The notes: generated by a model not told the origin, from the letters alone. A stretch of 64,000 nt of DNA from Cyanophora paradoxa CCMP329 (GCA_004431415.1 QPMI01000129.1:1-64000), one strand, 5' to 3'; numbered from the stretch's first letter, positions 13,581 to 28,222 are shown. Translations and numbers: made by a program.

Positions 13581-14051
13581 TCGACGTCCATCAGTATGAC
13601 GAGTCCAGTAACCTTGAAACATATCGGCATTATGTCTCCCTTTGAACTCCCTTTGCAATTGGTTTTGTACAGTCGTCATTTAAATTTCACAATAAACTCA
13701 AAAGCCTTGAAGCACTGCGGCAGGCGCATAAACCCATGCCATAATGATCATGATCCGATGATCAGGGCAACTTGGCAAGAGGGCCCATGGCAATGGCGAT
13801 GGCTACTAGGCTAGCACAACCGTTGAACTTGGCAGGCATGCGCAGGAGCAAAGGAGCATGCATATGAGAATGTCCCCCCGGATACATGTGCCGTGGTGTA
13901 TCAATGCGACGTCCACTTTTGCAAAAAAATGAGGATGCCCCCCCGGACCCTCTAAATTTCAAGTTTGAAGCCTTGAAGCCTAGACTCAATGCATGAAATG
14001 AAACCTCACTCAGTGACTCATGATCATATCGATCAGCGACTGAAACCGTTG

Positions 14052-14223
14052 TACCGTAGTACATCAAAATCCGTGACGTCATTACCGTGGTACATCAAAA
14101 TCAGTGATCAGGATCATCGTATTCTTATTTCAAGTTCCGAAGTTCTGGAATTACTAGCTATAGTTACATTTGAATACCACGATACTATGACAGCTGAATT
14201 AATTTAAGTTTTGTACTACGGTA
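14052..14223. mobile_element. Candidate MITE-like element with 12-bp terminal inverted repeats
   Basis: TACCGTAGTACA at 14052-14063 and its reverse complement at 14212-14223; AT-rich interior; 25-bp direct repeat at 14052-14076 and 14083-14107. Confidence 0.3.
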
Positions 14224-14288
14224 ACTAATAGAAGTTCTGCCAAGTCTGTACAGTTGTTGGATGCAGGCCCCGAGGGGGCGCCGATGGC

Positions 14289-17264
14289 TCAGGCCTCGGA
14301 GCGGGCGCCGGCGTGGGCGGCAGTGCGCTCGCGCCCGGCCCCGGCCTCGGTGGCGGCGGCGGCGGCCCCCGCCTCGGGGCGGAGGAGGGAGGCGGCGTCG
14401 TCGACGTAGCCCTCGGAGCGCATGCCGAGGAGGACGGAGGAGACGCCGCGGTGGCCCAGGAGCCACCGCAGCGCGTACCGCTGCAGCGTCTCGCCCCCCT
14501 CCTCCGTCCCCCTACCCCCGCAAGCTTCAACTCAGAGAAGGCACCCGAAGCAGAAGATCGAAGGAAGGAACAGAAGGGACCGGTAGTCAAAGCCGAGCTC
14601 GCGGATGCGGTCCCCCGCGCGCTTGCCCAGCTCGTACTTCACCTGATCACGAGCCCGCGCGCTCAGGTGAGCGGGCGCGAATCAAAGAGGCGCCTACTCG
14701 CCTGGGCGACGTAGGCGTCGAGGAAGCGCTGCGGGGGGGTACGCGTCGGTCTCAACCCGCGCCCCCCCTGCGGTCCCCTGAGCGCCGCACCTGGACCACG
14801 ACCCCGAGCTTCTCGCCCTCCTGCGCGTACCCCCCCCGGGGTCAGCTCAGGCCAGGACCCGGCGAGGGGGGGGGTGGGGGGAGGGGAGAGTTGGGGGGGG
14901 CCGGGCGGGCCTCGTACTGGTCGGTGACGTGCTGCCCGCTGTACTCCGGGACGCCTGCGCCGAGCTCAGGGGTGCGGGGTAGAGCAGCATGTAAGGAGCG
15001 CGCCGGTGGGGACCATGTCCGGAGCGAAGTTGCCGTCCGTGCCCCCGACCTGCCCCGGCGCTCGGCGAGGGCGCAGGGGTGGGGTGGGTGGAAGGATTAC
15101 CTCCTCGACGAGGCGCCGGAGGGCGGGGATGATCGACCGGTACAGCGCGCTCTGGATGAGGGGGGGGGGGAGTCGGAGGGGGTACCGTCGAAAGGAAAAC
15201 AAGCGGGCGTGCCTCGAAGTGGAAGTACGACTGGAAGTGCGGCCGCAGCCGGTCAATCTGGCGGGGGTACAGTCAATGTCGGGGGGAGGGGAGGGGAAGG
15301 GAGAGCGTCTGGGGTACCTGCGTGATGGCGTCCTTCAACTGATCGAGCTCGGAGTCCTCCTCGCTCCTGGGGGTACGCCGTCTTGATGAAGGAGAGGGGT
15401 ACGGGAAAAGGGTACGCACGACTCGGGGAGCGAATCGAAGGCGTACTCCACCCGCTTCAGCGCCGCGTCCAGCGCCTGCGCGGGGTACGCGTTCAATCGC
15501 CTTGAGGGACGGGGCGCGGGGGTACGGCCGCGTGCACGTGCCTCCTGGTAGCCCACCGCGGGGGGGTACGACGCAAGGCGGAAGCTGCCGAGGGTATCGG
15601 AGAACGCTGCGGGGGGTGAGCATCAGCGAGGGGGGCATGGGATGGGCGGGGGCGCGGAGGCGCGGGCGGGGGGCGGGCGGGCCGTTGAGGGGCCGGTTGA
15701 CGATGACGCGGAGGCCGTTGGAGGCGGCCCAGTCGACGCAGGCGCCGGGCTCGAGGGCCGCCCGCTCCAGCAGGTTCGCTGGCAGCTGCACCGTGGAGAA
15801 GGCCGGCGCGCCCCGCCCCGCCTGCTGCGCCGCCCGCTCCGCCAGGCCACCAGCGGCCGGTACGGCACGTGGTGCGGGTCCCTTGGGGGGGGGGGGGGGG
15901 AGGGGGAGGGGGGGGGGATGGCGCGTCGGGTGCGCCGCGCCGGAGGCGGCGCGCGCCGAGGCGGCGCGCACGAGTCAGGCTTGCCGAAGGAGTTGCACCT
16001 GCGCAGCGCGGCCGGCGCGGGGCGGGGTGGAGCGGGTTGGTCGCGGAAACATGAAGTGGTCCGGGGCGGCGGCTGGCGCGCACGATATGCCGTAGGAGCG
16101 GATGCGGCCGCGGGCGACCTGACGGCTGCGCTTTCAGCCGGCCGCGGCGGGGCGGGGCGGGGCCGGGCGGGGCGGGGCGGGGCGGGCGCGCCTCGCGCTC
16201 GAGGGCCTCGAAGGCGCGCCCGATGCGGTCCAGCATCACCCGCCGGTGCTGCCCGCCCCCGCCCCGCCCCGGTCAGCGAGCTCGAGGCGGGGGAACGTTC
16301 GCCCCAGGGCCGTGGAGGGCCGCGCGCGCGCACCCGCTCGCCGTCGTCCCGCGGCCCCGTGATGTTCTTCATCAGGTAGTACTCTGCTCCCGCGGGGGCG
16401 TCGCCGTCGGGCGGGGCGCGCGGGGCGGGGCGCGCTGGAGATGGGGAGGGGAGCGCCAGCTGCAGCGGCGGGCGTGCCTGGATTGTGGAGCAGGAATACG
16501 TCGAGGTACGGCGTGCGCAGGCGCTGAAGAGATCGCTCCAACTGGTCCCGCAAGAAATCCGGGTGGATACCTGAGATGAACGGCGCGAATCAGTTCCGGG
16601 ACCCGGGACGCGCCCCGCCCCGGCCCCCGGTCGATAGGAATCAAGCGGCGGGACGCGCGCATGCGCAAGCGCACAGTGGAAGCAGTCGCGCTGGTACATG
16701 ACGAGCTCCGGCGGCTGGACGTACCCGGGCTCGAACATGCGCTTCAAATTGCTGCCCTGGATGTAGCCCGCCTTGCTGACGAGGACCACGTCCTCGCGGC
16801 GCAGCTTCCGCTCGCTCTGCATGTCGTGCAGAACCTTTCCTATCAGCTCCTCCGACTTCCCCTGCGCCCGCGCGCCGTCAGCTCCCCGGGAAAGCATGCG
16901 CATCGGCGCGGAGCGCGAGCGCCGAGAGAGACGGCACAGGGAGCGGGCGAGCCAGTTGGCGCCGCGCTCCGCTTTCAGCGCACATCTGCATAGTTCGTGG
17001 AGGTGTCGATGACATTGATTCCCATAGTTAGCGCCTTTCGCAGAGCCTGCGCGAAGGTCGCACGTACGCCGGTCTTCCCTCTTGATAGAGGACCCAGGCA
17101 GCGTTCTAACGCATGCACGGGCGCGAGGGGCGGCTCGCGTCGCCCTAAGAACAGGCGAGCCCTGACGCGCGCGCGGATCGGACCTTTTCGTGCTCCTCAA
17201 CGCCAAGGGCGACGCGATATGAGCCAAAGCCGACACGCGAGAACTTAGGAAGCAGCGCCGCCAT
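14289..17264 (-). CDS. Aldo/keto reductase
   Basis: [30 protein letters not shown]|[21 protein letters not shown] (D/Y/K/H tetrad), [38 protein letters not shown]; the last splice junction does not resolve cleanly. Confidence 0.88.
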
Positions 17265-18609
17265 TTTTTCTCGCTCTGGCAGGGTACGGTATTCAAATTC
17301 GCGCGATCAAATCGACGAAGATGGGTTTGCCTGAGCTTCCCGCGTATCCCGCGCGTCGCGCACCGTCTGATTGTAGGCGCGCGCAGCGTCTCGCACCCGT
17401 TCCCGCGCCCGGAAAGATGCCGACGAGGTCAACCAGCCGATGGTGTTCGACGTCCGATCCACGCAATCGAAATTGCCGAGTTCGATCGCTCTCGCGCAGG
17501 CTGAATGCGGTGTATGCGGCTCCTGGCGCAACGTGGCCCAGGTGCGCCTGCCGCGCGCGCGCCGCGCCCGAAGCGACGTCGACGTATGCGCGCGTACTAG
17601 CGCATGATTTCGAAAGCAGGACGTAAAGGACATGCTGGAATCGGAGAAGACTGTCGGTGAGCGGCGCCCGTTCGAGCTTGAGCTCGCCGCGGCCGGACCG
17701 CCGTCACTTTAATATATATTAAATTTAATTCGCGCATGCGAAGCGTTCAACTGCGCCCTCGTGAAGCGGAGCTGCGCGGAGGAATGCGATTACTGCAGCA
17801 CCTGCCTGAAGGTCTGCAGAAACTGGATCTAGTCGAATGTTGTGGCGCCGGCGCCAGTCGGCTCACGCTCGCTATCGATCGCAGACGGAAAAGAGCGGCA
17901 AAGAGGAGGGGCGCTGCCTCGAAGGTACCGTTTCGCACTGCTTAAAAAAAAGCTTGCCATGCGAAGCTTGCAAAATTGATTAGACGACTCGAGATTTAGA
18001 GCTACATATCACACGCTATAGCTATAGCTATAAATACATATAGCTATAGCTAGCGCTACTAGGCTAGCGCTCCATCGATATCTTGCGCGATACCGATCGA
18101 GATCGATGATCGATCGGGGCTCGCAGACTGCGACGGCTTCCACAAGGGGCGGCACTTCACGGCGAGCGCTGCCTCGCAGGAGCAGTCGTAACGTAATATG
18201 TAGGATTCCCGCTGCGCATGCCCCCAAGGGCCCCGGCCCGACAGGCCTGCTACAGCTGCAGCTGCAGGCTAGGGACGTCGACGTCAGCTGGAAGTCTGAT
18301 CATGAATACAATGCTTAAAACTGAATTTGGATCTAATTTCTGCACACTGCATCGCTCATGATTATGATCGCACTGTGACTTGATGGACACGGGAAATAGT
18401 ACTCGGAAAACGGGATCAGGCCTGGGCCAAATGCAATTTTCAAGCGGGACGTTCAGGGCAAGCTTAATTACAAGGTCGAGCAAAGCAAAGCAAGCGAAGG
18501 GAGCTCAAGGACTGAACAAAGTTAGCTGTCCAGACTAAACTGTGCACGGCCGCGGGCTGCATATGCATGACGGGCAGCTACGGAGTCGCCCCGGAGGATG
18601 GAGGTTGCA

Positions 18610-19578
18610 TCAGAAGGGCATCTTGAGGGAGCCGCTGGCGGTGAGGAGGTCCCATCTGCGCGCGCGGTGACGGGGGGCCGGCACGGCGAGGAGTGGCATC
18701 TCGAGGGGGACGCACGCGACGCTGCAGGTCCCGTGCAGGCACTGCAGGGTAGCCAGGAGGAAGAACTCGCCTGCGCCGCGGCACGGGTCGGACGGCGCGC
18801 GCGCGGGACTACAGCTCGCTCTGGCGGCCACGGAGGGACGCCGATGCGCGCGTACCGTAGAGGCGCTTGTTTGGCTGGCCGGACGCGTAGCCGATAGCGT
18901 ACACGATGCGGCTGCGAAAAACAGATCGAGGTTCGATTGCGAGTCAGGCGCACATCTACAGGCAGCAACGAAGCGCGTCGGCGGCGGCCGCACCCGACGC
19001 CCCAGACGAAGCCGGAGAGCGCAGAAAGTAGCGGGTACTTGAAGCCCGCGACGAGCATCAGGAAGAGCTGATTGGGCATGGTCTCCAGCATGTTCTGGTG
19101 GCCGCGCTGCGATGCGTACGCGTGAGCTGGGGCGCACGACGCGAAGAGACCACGCGCAGACGAACTTGGACGCAGTTGAACAAATACCCGTCAGAGCCAG
19201 GCTTGTCGTCGGCGCTGTACATCGCCGGGTACTGGGCGGCGTAAGAGAACGTCATGCTCGGGCGCCGCACTCGAGCGGGTCGCGCGGCGAGGGAACGTCG
19301 TTCTCCGCGCTCACCTTGACTTTGTACTTCTTCCGGGCGCCGCCGACCTGCGCGAGGATCGGCGGTCAGCTGCAGGCCGGGTCGGGCTTCGCGGTTCTAG
19401 AACAGTGTCCGCTGCTCCGTGTACGTCGACCAGGAGACGGGAGGCTTCGAAGAGCGAGGCGCGCGACGGAAAATGGGCAATGGCGCGCCTTGAAGCCGAG
19501 GTACATGTTGACAAACATGATCCAGACCCCCGCCAGCAGCACGTAGCCATACTCATCCGGGACCTTGAGCACCGCCAT
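18610..19578 (-). CDS. MGST3: Microsomal glutathione S-transferase 3-like (MAPEG family)
   Basis: VGGARKKYKVK|YPAMY...FNCVQ|RGHQNMLE...RIVYAIGYASGQPNKR. Confidence 0.9.
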
Positions 19579-19767
19579 TTCGCAAAGCTCTGCGCTGCGC
19601 TCTGCTGTTCGAGGTTGGCTGCGCTGAGTGAAGCTCTACTCCGCCTACCAGTGAAGCTCTACCCCGGTAGTTTGAAGGACTTGGCCGTGCTGAGCGGCTA
19701 CCCGGCGCCGTCCTCTGGCTGCTGGAACTCTCGCTCGAGTCGGCGGGCGCCGACGCCGAGCGGGGCG

Positions 19768-22700
19768 ATGCGGCGTCTCCGGTCCGCGCTGGCGTGCTGC
19801 CTGCTGATGGCGTGCATGTGCTGCCCGGCGGCAGCTCTTGGTGCGCTTCGTTGGCTTCTTTCGCACGCGGAGACGCTGAGGCGCTCTGCAGGGCCTGTGC
19901 CAAGTCTAAAGACGCGCTGGCTCGCCGGGAGCGGCGGACCACTCTTCGACTCCGCGAGCAGTGTGTCCGTCTCAGACGGCCTTGTCGTCGTAGCAGGGAC
20001 TTTCGCGGCTGCGATGCGGATCGACCTGGTGGACGCGCAGGGCGGGACGCAGGCGATAAGTGTCGAGGCGCAAAGCGAGCGGGACGGTTTTGTGCAGGCG
20101 CACGACGCCGCCTCGGGGCAGATTTTCTGGATCCGGCCGCTGCACTGCGGCGCCGGCGGTGTCGCGCTCTTCGCGACGGCCGCGATGGGCCCCTCTTCGG
20201 ACGCGGGCGGGCCGTTCGTGCTCGGCAACGTTTTCTCGGTGCACCTCTGCCAGGCGGCCGGCGGCGGCCACACGGCGCTCCTCTCCCGCTTCTCGGGGGA
20301 CGGGGTGCCGCTGGGCGAGACGCAGGGCCCCGCTTCCGTGCTGGGCCCGCTCCTCCTGAGCCCCCTGCCCCGCGGGGAGCCGGGCGTGCTCGTCGCCGGC
20401 GCCTGCGCAGACGCTGCGCGCTGCGCGATGGGCGGCCGCCCGCTCGCGGAGCCCCGCGCCGGCGCCCCCGCCGCGTTCCTCGCCCGCGTGGACGGCCGCG
20501 GCGCCGTCTCGCCCTCTGGGCCGCCCACGCCAACGTGCGCCGCCCCGCCGCCGCTCTGCGAGCCGGCACGCGCTGAGCGGAGGCGGCGCAGGCGTCGGAC
20601 GGGGGCGGGGCCGGGGCGGTGCGGGTGCTGGCGGTGGCGTACGACGGGCGGGGCGGCGCCGCGGTGCACCTCGCCGTCGAGGACTGCGAGGCGGACCTCG
20701 GGGGCGGCGGCGCGGCGCTGGCCTCCCCGCGGGCCGCCGCCGACGCCCTCGCGCGCCTCGAGATCGAGTTCGGGGACCTGCAGGGGCAGGGCCCCCCCGG
20801 CTCCCCCGAGCCCAGCGACTCGGCGCGCCTCGCCTGGATGCTCCCCGTCCGCTCCCGGCCCCTCAACTCCTCCGCCCGCGTCCGCGCCCCTCCCCCGCCC
20901 GGCTCCCCCTCCTCTTGACGACGCCCGCCCAGTTCTCCTTCGCGCACGACGAGGTCGGCAACCTCTTCGTCGGCGACGTGCGCACTCGTACCCCCCGCTC
21001 CCTCCTTTCCCCCTCTCACCCGCCCGCCCGCAGATCGCGCGCCTGGCGGACGTTCCCGCCGCGCTGCGGCCGCCGGGCTCGGGCGCCGGCGCCGCGGACG
21101 GGAACGCAGCCGTCATTACCCTCTCCTGCTTCTCCGACGCCGGCCAGCCCGTGCGTGTACCCCCCTTCTGCGGGATCCTGCACCCCCCGAGCCTTGGGCA
21201 GGCGTGGTTCGCGCTGGACCCGGCGCGCACGGTGGACCTGGCGCTGTTCTCCCCGGGGGAGACCTCGCTGGCCTTCTCGCCCTCGCTGCGGGTGGTGGTG
21301 GCGGCGGCGCCCTTCTTCCCGCGGGCCCCCGCGGGCCCCCGGAGCGCCTTCACGCTCGTGGCGGCCTTCAGCCTCGAGGGCGCCGTGCTCTGGCGCGCCG
21401 GCGGGCCCGACCCGACCCCCGGCAGCGGCTCCGCCTACGTCCTCTTCTCCCTCGCCGTCCCCTCCGACCCGTGCGCCTGTACCCCTCCCCCGCTCGCACC
21501 CCCCTCCTTCCATACCGTGACGCGCGGGGGCGGCAGGGGCCCGGAGGACGTGTGCGCGGTGTTCGGGGCCGGGGGGTACGGCCCCGGGCTGTGCCCCGGG
21601 GGCGGCTGCGACGGGTCGGCGGCCTTCGACCCGCTCGCAGTGCTCCCCTTCGACACGGAGTCCAAGGAGGGGGCCCCCGGGGGGTACGCCCCCGGGGCGG
21701 ACGTGGACGCGTTCGTGGCGGCGCTGCAGCGGCGCTGCGAGGCCGACCTGCTCGCCGCGTGCGCCGCCGACCGCTTCCAGCCCATCTGCGCCTGCTGCGA
21801 CGCCGCCCGCGGCGGGCTCGCCGGCGGCGCCGGCGGCTCGGGCTCGGGCGGCGCGGCCTCGGGCCCGTGGCGGGGCCGCGGGGCCCTCGGCGCAGTCGGA
21901 GTCGGCGCTGCTGCAGCTCGCCTCGATCGTCATCGGCCTCGTCCTCGCCGTCTGCATGGGCGCGCCCCTGCGCAGGCAGGCCCCGCCGCAGGCCCCCGCT
22001 CACCGCCGCGCGCTCGCCCCCCGCCCGCCGCGCAGGCTTCGGCGTGTACCTCGGCATCGCGCTGCGCACGCGCTGGGCGGCCGCCCAGGCGCCCCCCGAC
22101 CGCACGGTCTACCGCTACCACCCGGGGGGGCGCCTCAACCGCCTCCGCTACTTCGCCGTCGGGGCCTCCCTCGAGGACGACGACTCCGCCTCCGAGGAGG
22201 AGGGCTCCGAGTCCAGCGACGAGGACGACGAGGAGGGCCTCGCCGGCCGCCCCGGCGGCGGCCCCGGCCGGCCCGCCCGCGTGCCCCTGCGGCCCATGGG
22301 GCCCGCCGCCTGCCCCTTCCAGCGCCTCCCGAAGCTCCCGCTGGCGCTGCGGAGCGCGCTGGAGGGGAGCGCGGGGATCCTGCGGCCCTCGCGCCCCTCG
22401 CCCTCCTCGCCCTCCATGGCGCTGCGCTCGACCCTCTACGAGACGACCTTCCGGGGCCGCGCGGCGGCCGTGAAGGTCTACGAGGAGCGCGAGGGCTTCG
22501 AGCGCTCCGAGGAGGGCACGAACGAGCTGCGCGCCCTCGCGCTGCGGGGCGGGGCGGCGATGGCCCTCTCCCACCCGAGCCTCCTCCCCGTCCTCGCCCT
22601 CTACCGCTCCCGCTGCCCCTTCCGGCCCCGCGCCCGCCGCCTCGTGCAGGTCACCGCGTACGCGCCGGAGACCCTCGAGGCCTGGGCCCGCCGCCTCGCC

Positions 22701-23254
22701 GCCGCCCCGCCCCCCGACATGCACGAGCGCCTCCTCCGCCTCGCCGGCGGCCTCGCCTCCGCCCTCTCCCACCTCCACTTCTTCCTCCACCCCCACCGCG
22801 CCTTCGGGTACGTACCCCCCCCCCCCCCCCCCCCCCCTCCCCTTTCCATTCCCGCCACGCCCGCTCTGACGGGGGGCAGGGGCTTCCCCCCCGGGCGGGT
22901 CCTCGTCGTGGACGGCGCGGCCTGCATGCTCGCCCCATACGGCGAGCTGATATTGGCCGGGCACCCCGCCTTCGAGGTGCGGCGGCCGGCGCGCTGCGCG
23001 CGGCGCTGCGGTTCACGCCTGGTCCGCAGGAGGCGCGGGTGCGGGACGTGCGGGCGTACGGCCGGGTGCTGGGCCTGCTGGTGGCGCCGCTCGAGACGCA
23101 CCACGCCGACCTCGCGGAGCAGCTGCGCGCCGCCGCCGCCGCCTGCTGCTCCGAGGCGGAGGTGCCGCCCAGCTCCCGGCAGATGGCGCGCGCCTTCGAG
23201 GAGGCGCTGCGCGGCGGCACCCCGACCCGCGCCGCCCTTCCGCCCTCCGACTAG
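19768..23254 (+). CDS. Single-pass receptor-like protein with degenerate (pseudo)kinase domain
   Basis: Signal peptide MRRLRSALACCLLMACM; propeller-like ectodomain; TM IVIGLVLAVCM|GFGVYLGIAL; then AAVKVY, LSHPSLLPVL, LASALSHLH, LAPYG, DVRAYG. Confidence 0.6.
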
Positions 23255-23896
23255 CGCATCCATTGAGCAGAACATCCATACTCCTACGGCTGGGGCTGCG
23301 AGCCAAGCGTCTTCGCTGCGGAAGCGAGTTGACGTTGCACACCGCTCGATGTGCTGACTGCTGGCGTGTGGCGAGCCGCACGCGCCGCGGCGGGAATGCC
23401 GGGAAGTTTAGGCTACGGCTCGACGCGCCGCGAGGCCGCAGGCGGGGGTTGGAGGCGCCGCTGGCGCCAGCGATGAGGCGGATGCGGGGAGCCCACGCAA
23501 GCGCTTCACTGCGCTCTAAGACTAACTGCGCGCGCTCCGTGCATGTCACTTCTTGCCCTCGCTCGCTGTCGGCGCCGGTTCGCCCTCCTTCGCCTTTCCC
23601 GTGAGATCCGGAATCGTGAGATCGGGCTTGTAGTAGTTGTGGACAACAGTCGCGCCTGCAGGGCGCCCGTCAGCTTCGAAGCGCGCCGCGAAAGCGTGAG
23701 CGCCTACCTGCGAGCATGGAGGCCATGCCGACGGAGAAGAGCCACGTGAAGCGCGCCCAGTACCCCATGTGTCGGCGCTGGTTGAGGCCGAGGGCTTAGC
23801 CGCGGCTTGCCGGTACCCCCAGTTCGCGGCCGCTTTTCAAGAGCGCCGGTTCGTGCGTTCGTCAGCGAGTTCTTCGCAGCTTTAGAACATACAACA

Positions 23897-25501
<1,605 letters not shown>

Positions 25502-25714
25502 CCGCCCCGCCCGAGCGTCCCGTAGGCAGCCCGTCCTTTAGAGAGGAACTTATCGCTGGCGCACGCGACGGCCGCGGGCTGCGGGGGCGTCGCATGGATG
25601 CCCGGGCGCTGGCAGGGTGCTGCTACATCTAGAAAAAGAAACGCAAGGAAGGATACAACAAAAGCAGCCTGGACAAAAAGCGGGAAAAAGGGTAGGGACG
25701 CGTCGCGGGGCGTC

Positions 25715-28222
25715 TCAGGGGGGCCGCGGGGCCGGGGCGGGCCGGGCCCTGTCCGAGGCGGTGGCGGCGTAGTACAGGTCCCCCGTCGAGCCCAGGATCG
25801 TGTTGATCTCCTTCACCAGCTGCGGGGGGCGCGAAGAAGGCGCTCAGACGCAGGGCCGACGGGAGGGGGCGGGCGGGCGGGGGCGCGGGCACGTCGCCGT
25901 TGCGGTTCCATATCTCGACGACGGGGTCGCCCTCCTGGCCGAACTCGGCCTGCGCCTGCTCCAGCAGCTCCTCCAGCGTCAGCGGGCACCGTATCGCGAC
26001 GCCCCGCGCCGCGCCCCACCGCCGGACGCTGATCTCCTTCCGCATCACTGCCCGCGCCAAAAGACGTCAGCGGCGGGGCGGGCCGGGTTGGCGGCGGCGG
26101 GGGTGCGGGTGCGGGCGCACGGATCCATAGGGGCCCTTCCTGCACGACGGGGCCGGGAGGGGGAATGGGGGTGGAGGAGGAGGCGGCGACGGGGGTGCGG
26201 GAGGTCGGGGGGAGGGGCGGCTTGGCGGCAGAGATGTGGACGACGGGCACGGGAGCGTCCTCTGGTCTGGCCAGGAACGCCGGGCGCCCTGCGGGCGGGC
26301 CGCCGCCGCGTGAGGGCGTGCAAGGCGGGGCGTGGGGCGGGGAAGAAGGCCCGCACCGCCGGGGGCGCGGCGGAGCTTGGCGAGGCAGTGGGATCGCATG
26401 GCGGACCAGGGGTGGCCCGTCAGCTGCGGGGAGGGCGTCGGGGCCGGGAGGGAGGGAGGGGCGAGCAAGGGAGAGAAGAGGGGGACCTGGAGGGCCTGGG
26501 CGCGCTGCCAGACCTCGTCGGAAGCGACGTTCTGCCCCTGCGCCTGGCACTCCGTCGCGTACCGCAGCAGCCGCTCCGTCTCCTCCGTCGTCCACTTCCG
26601 GCCCCCGATCGCCTCTGCGCCCGCCCCCGCCTCGGCCCCCGCCCCGCGCACTCGGACGAAAACAAGAAGCCGGGGACGCCGCACCGTCCTCGAAGTCACT
26701 GCTGCTTCCCTCGGATTCTGCGAGCGCAGCCGCGGTCGGGAAAAGGAAGAAAGAGGAAGCGCGGCAGGGCGGACCGAGGGAGTCGTTCCCGTCGTCCTCG
26801 CCGTCGTCGGAGCCGCCCGTGGAGAGCGTCCGCTGGGCGCGGGAGCGGCCGTTGATCGGCGACGGACCACCCGCCGCCTTCCTCGGTCGGCCTCGCCGCA
26901 TTTTCCGGCCCCCGCCGCCCCCCGGCGACGACCCCACGCCCGAAGACCCAGCCGCTGACGGGTCCAGTGGAGGAAGATTCCACTCCTTCAGCGCAAACGT
27001 CCCGGGCCCATACTGCGCCGGCGCGTCGGGCGGGCCCCAACGCCCAGTTCCCGAGCCACGTACCCGGACGTACGCGCTCCTATCCTGTTGTTTGCCGATG
27101 TCGCCATTGATCGAGGCTGGAAGCGCGTCGGTCGCTGCAGCGAGGCGCCCGGGCCCGGCCCCGCGCACCGAACATGGACGTGTGGAGGGAGGCCTTGTCG
27201 GGCAGCAGACCCTGCTTCGCCGCGAGCTGATGGGACCGTGAGCGCCCTTTCAAGAAGAAGGTCATATGCAAGCGGCAGTCACCTTGGCAATCTCCTTGTA
27301 GTGCAGCGGCTGCCGCTGCTCCCGCAAAATGATTTGCGCTGCGGTGGCGTACGTGACCCGTGTCCCGTCCTCCAGCCGCCCCGCCGTCGCCACGGAGTCC
27401 TCGGCAGCGGAGCCGCCGGGAGACAGCGCGGGCGCCGGGAGCGGCGACGGGGCCGCGGTTGCCGGTTGCTGGGACGTTTCGTCCGCAGGAACGGACGCCG
27501 GCGAGGCCGAGGGGCCATCGGGCGGTGATCCGCGATTCAGGACCTCGTCGTAAGTCTTCCGGTTCTTCTCGAAGAAAGCGGCGGCCTTCGGAAGCGCGCC
27601 ATGAGCACGGCGGAGCGCAGACCGCGCGGGGGAGCAGCCGTCAGCGACTCGAACCTGTTCTGCAGTCTTTCCAGTGCCGATGTGGCCCGCGACCTTTTCC
27701 CAGGCGGTGCCATGGAGCAGCAACGCCTCGGCCAATCTGCGCAGACGAGAGATCGGCAAGCGTCAACGGAGATTCTTGGAGGGGGCGGGCGTATAAAGCG
27801 AGCGGTTCTAGGCGGAAGAGAAGCTCAGTGCACTCTATGCAGCAGCGGCGGGCCACGGAGCGAGGGATGGATCGAATGCGCCGCGCTTGCCGGATACGAG
27901 GCCTGTGCTACACAAAACGCAGGGGGGAGCTCAAAGGGGCAACGTACGAATTGCGTTCGCTTTCGGACCAGCGGGGGTTCTTTGATCCGTAGCTTTCCCA
28001 GTATGAGCCATCGAGTTCGGAGCGCTTCCCGCTACGATGGCGCTTCGTTGTCCTCCTGTCCGGATCTGACTGCCGATCACCCTCCTCGGTCTGCCGGGCG
28101 TTAGCTAGAGAACGACGTCGCGTGGTCGCGGCGGCGCCAGAAGGGCTCAAACAGCGTACTTTGACTTCCGCGGCGACTGCGGGCGCGGCCGCCGCCGGCC
28201 GCTCCGCTCCGACCGCCAGCAT
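25715..28222 (-). CDS. Chromatin-associated protein: SANT/Myb, HARE-HTH, second Myb-like domain and C-terminal ubiquitin-like domain
   Basis: WSESERNS|LAEALLLHGTAWEKVAGHIGTGKTAEQ; TYATAAQIILREQRQPLHYKEIAK...GPGTFALKEW; KWTTEETERL; CPLTLEELLEQAQAEFG; start codon uncertain. Confidence 0.7.

Noticed and set aside
14052-14107. 25-bp direct repeat as a CRISPR array
   Set aside because: Only two units with a 6-bp gap, eukaryotic context, no cas genes.
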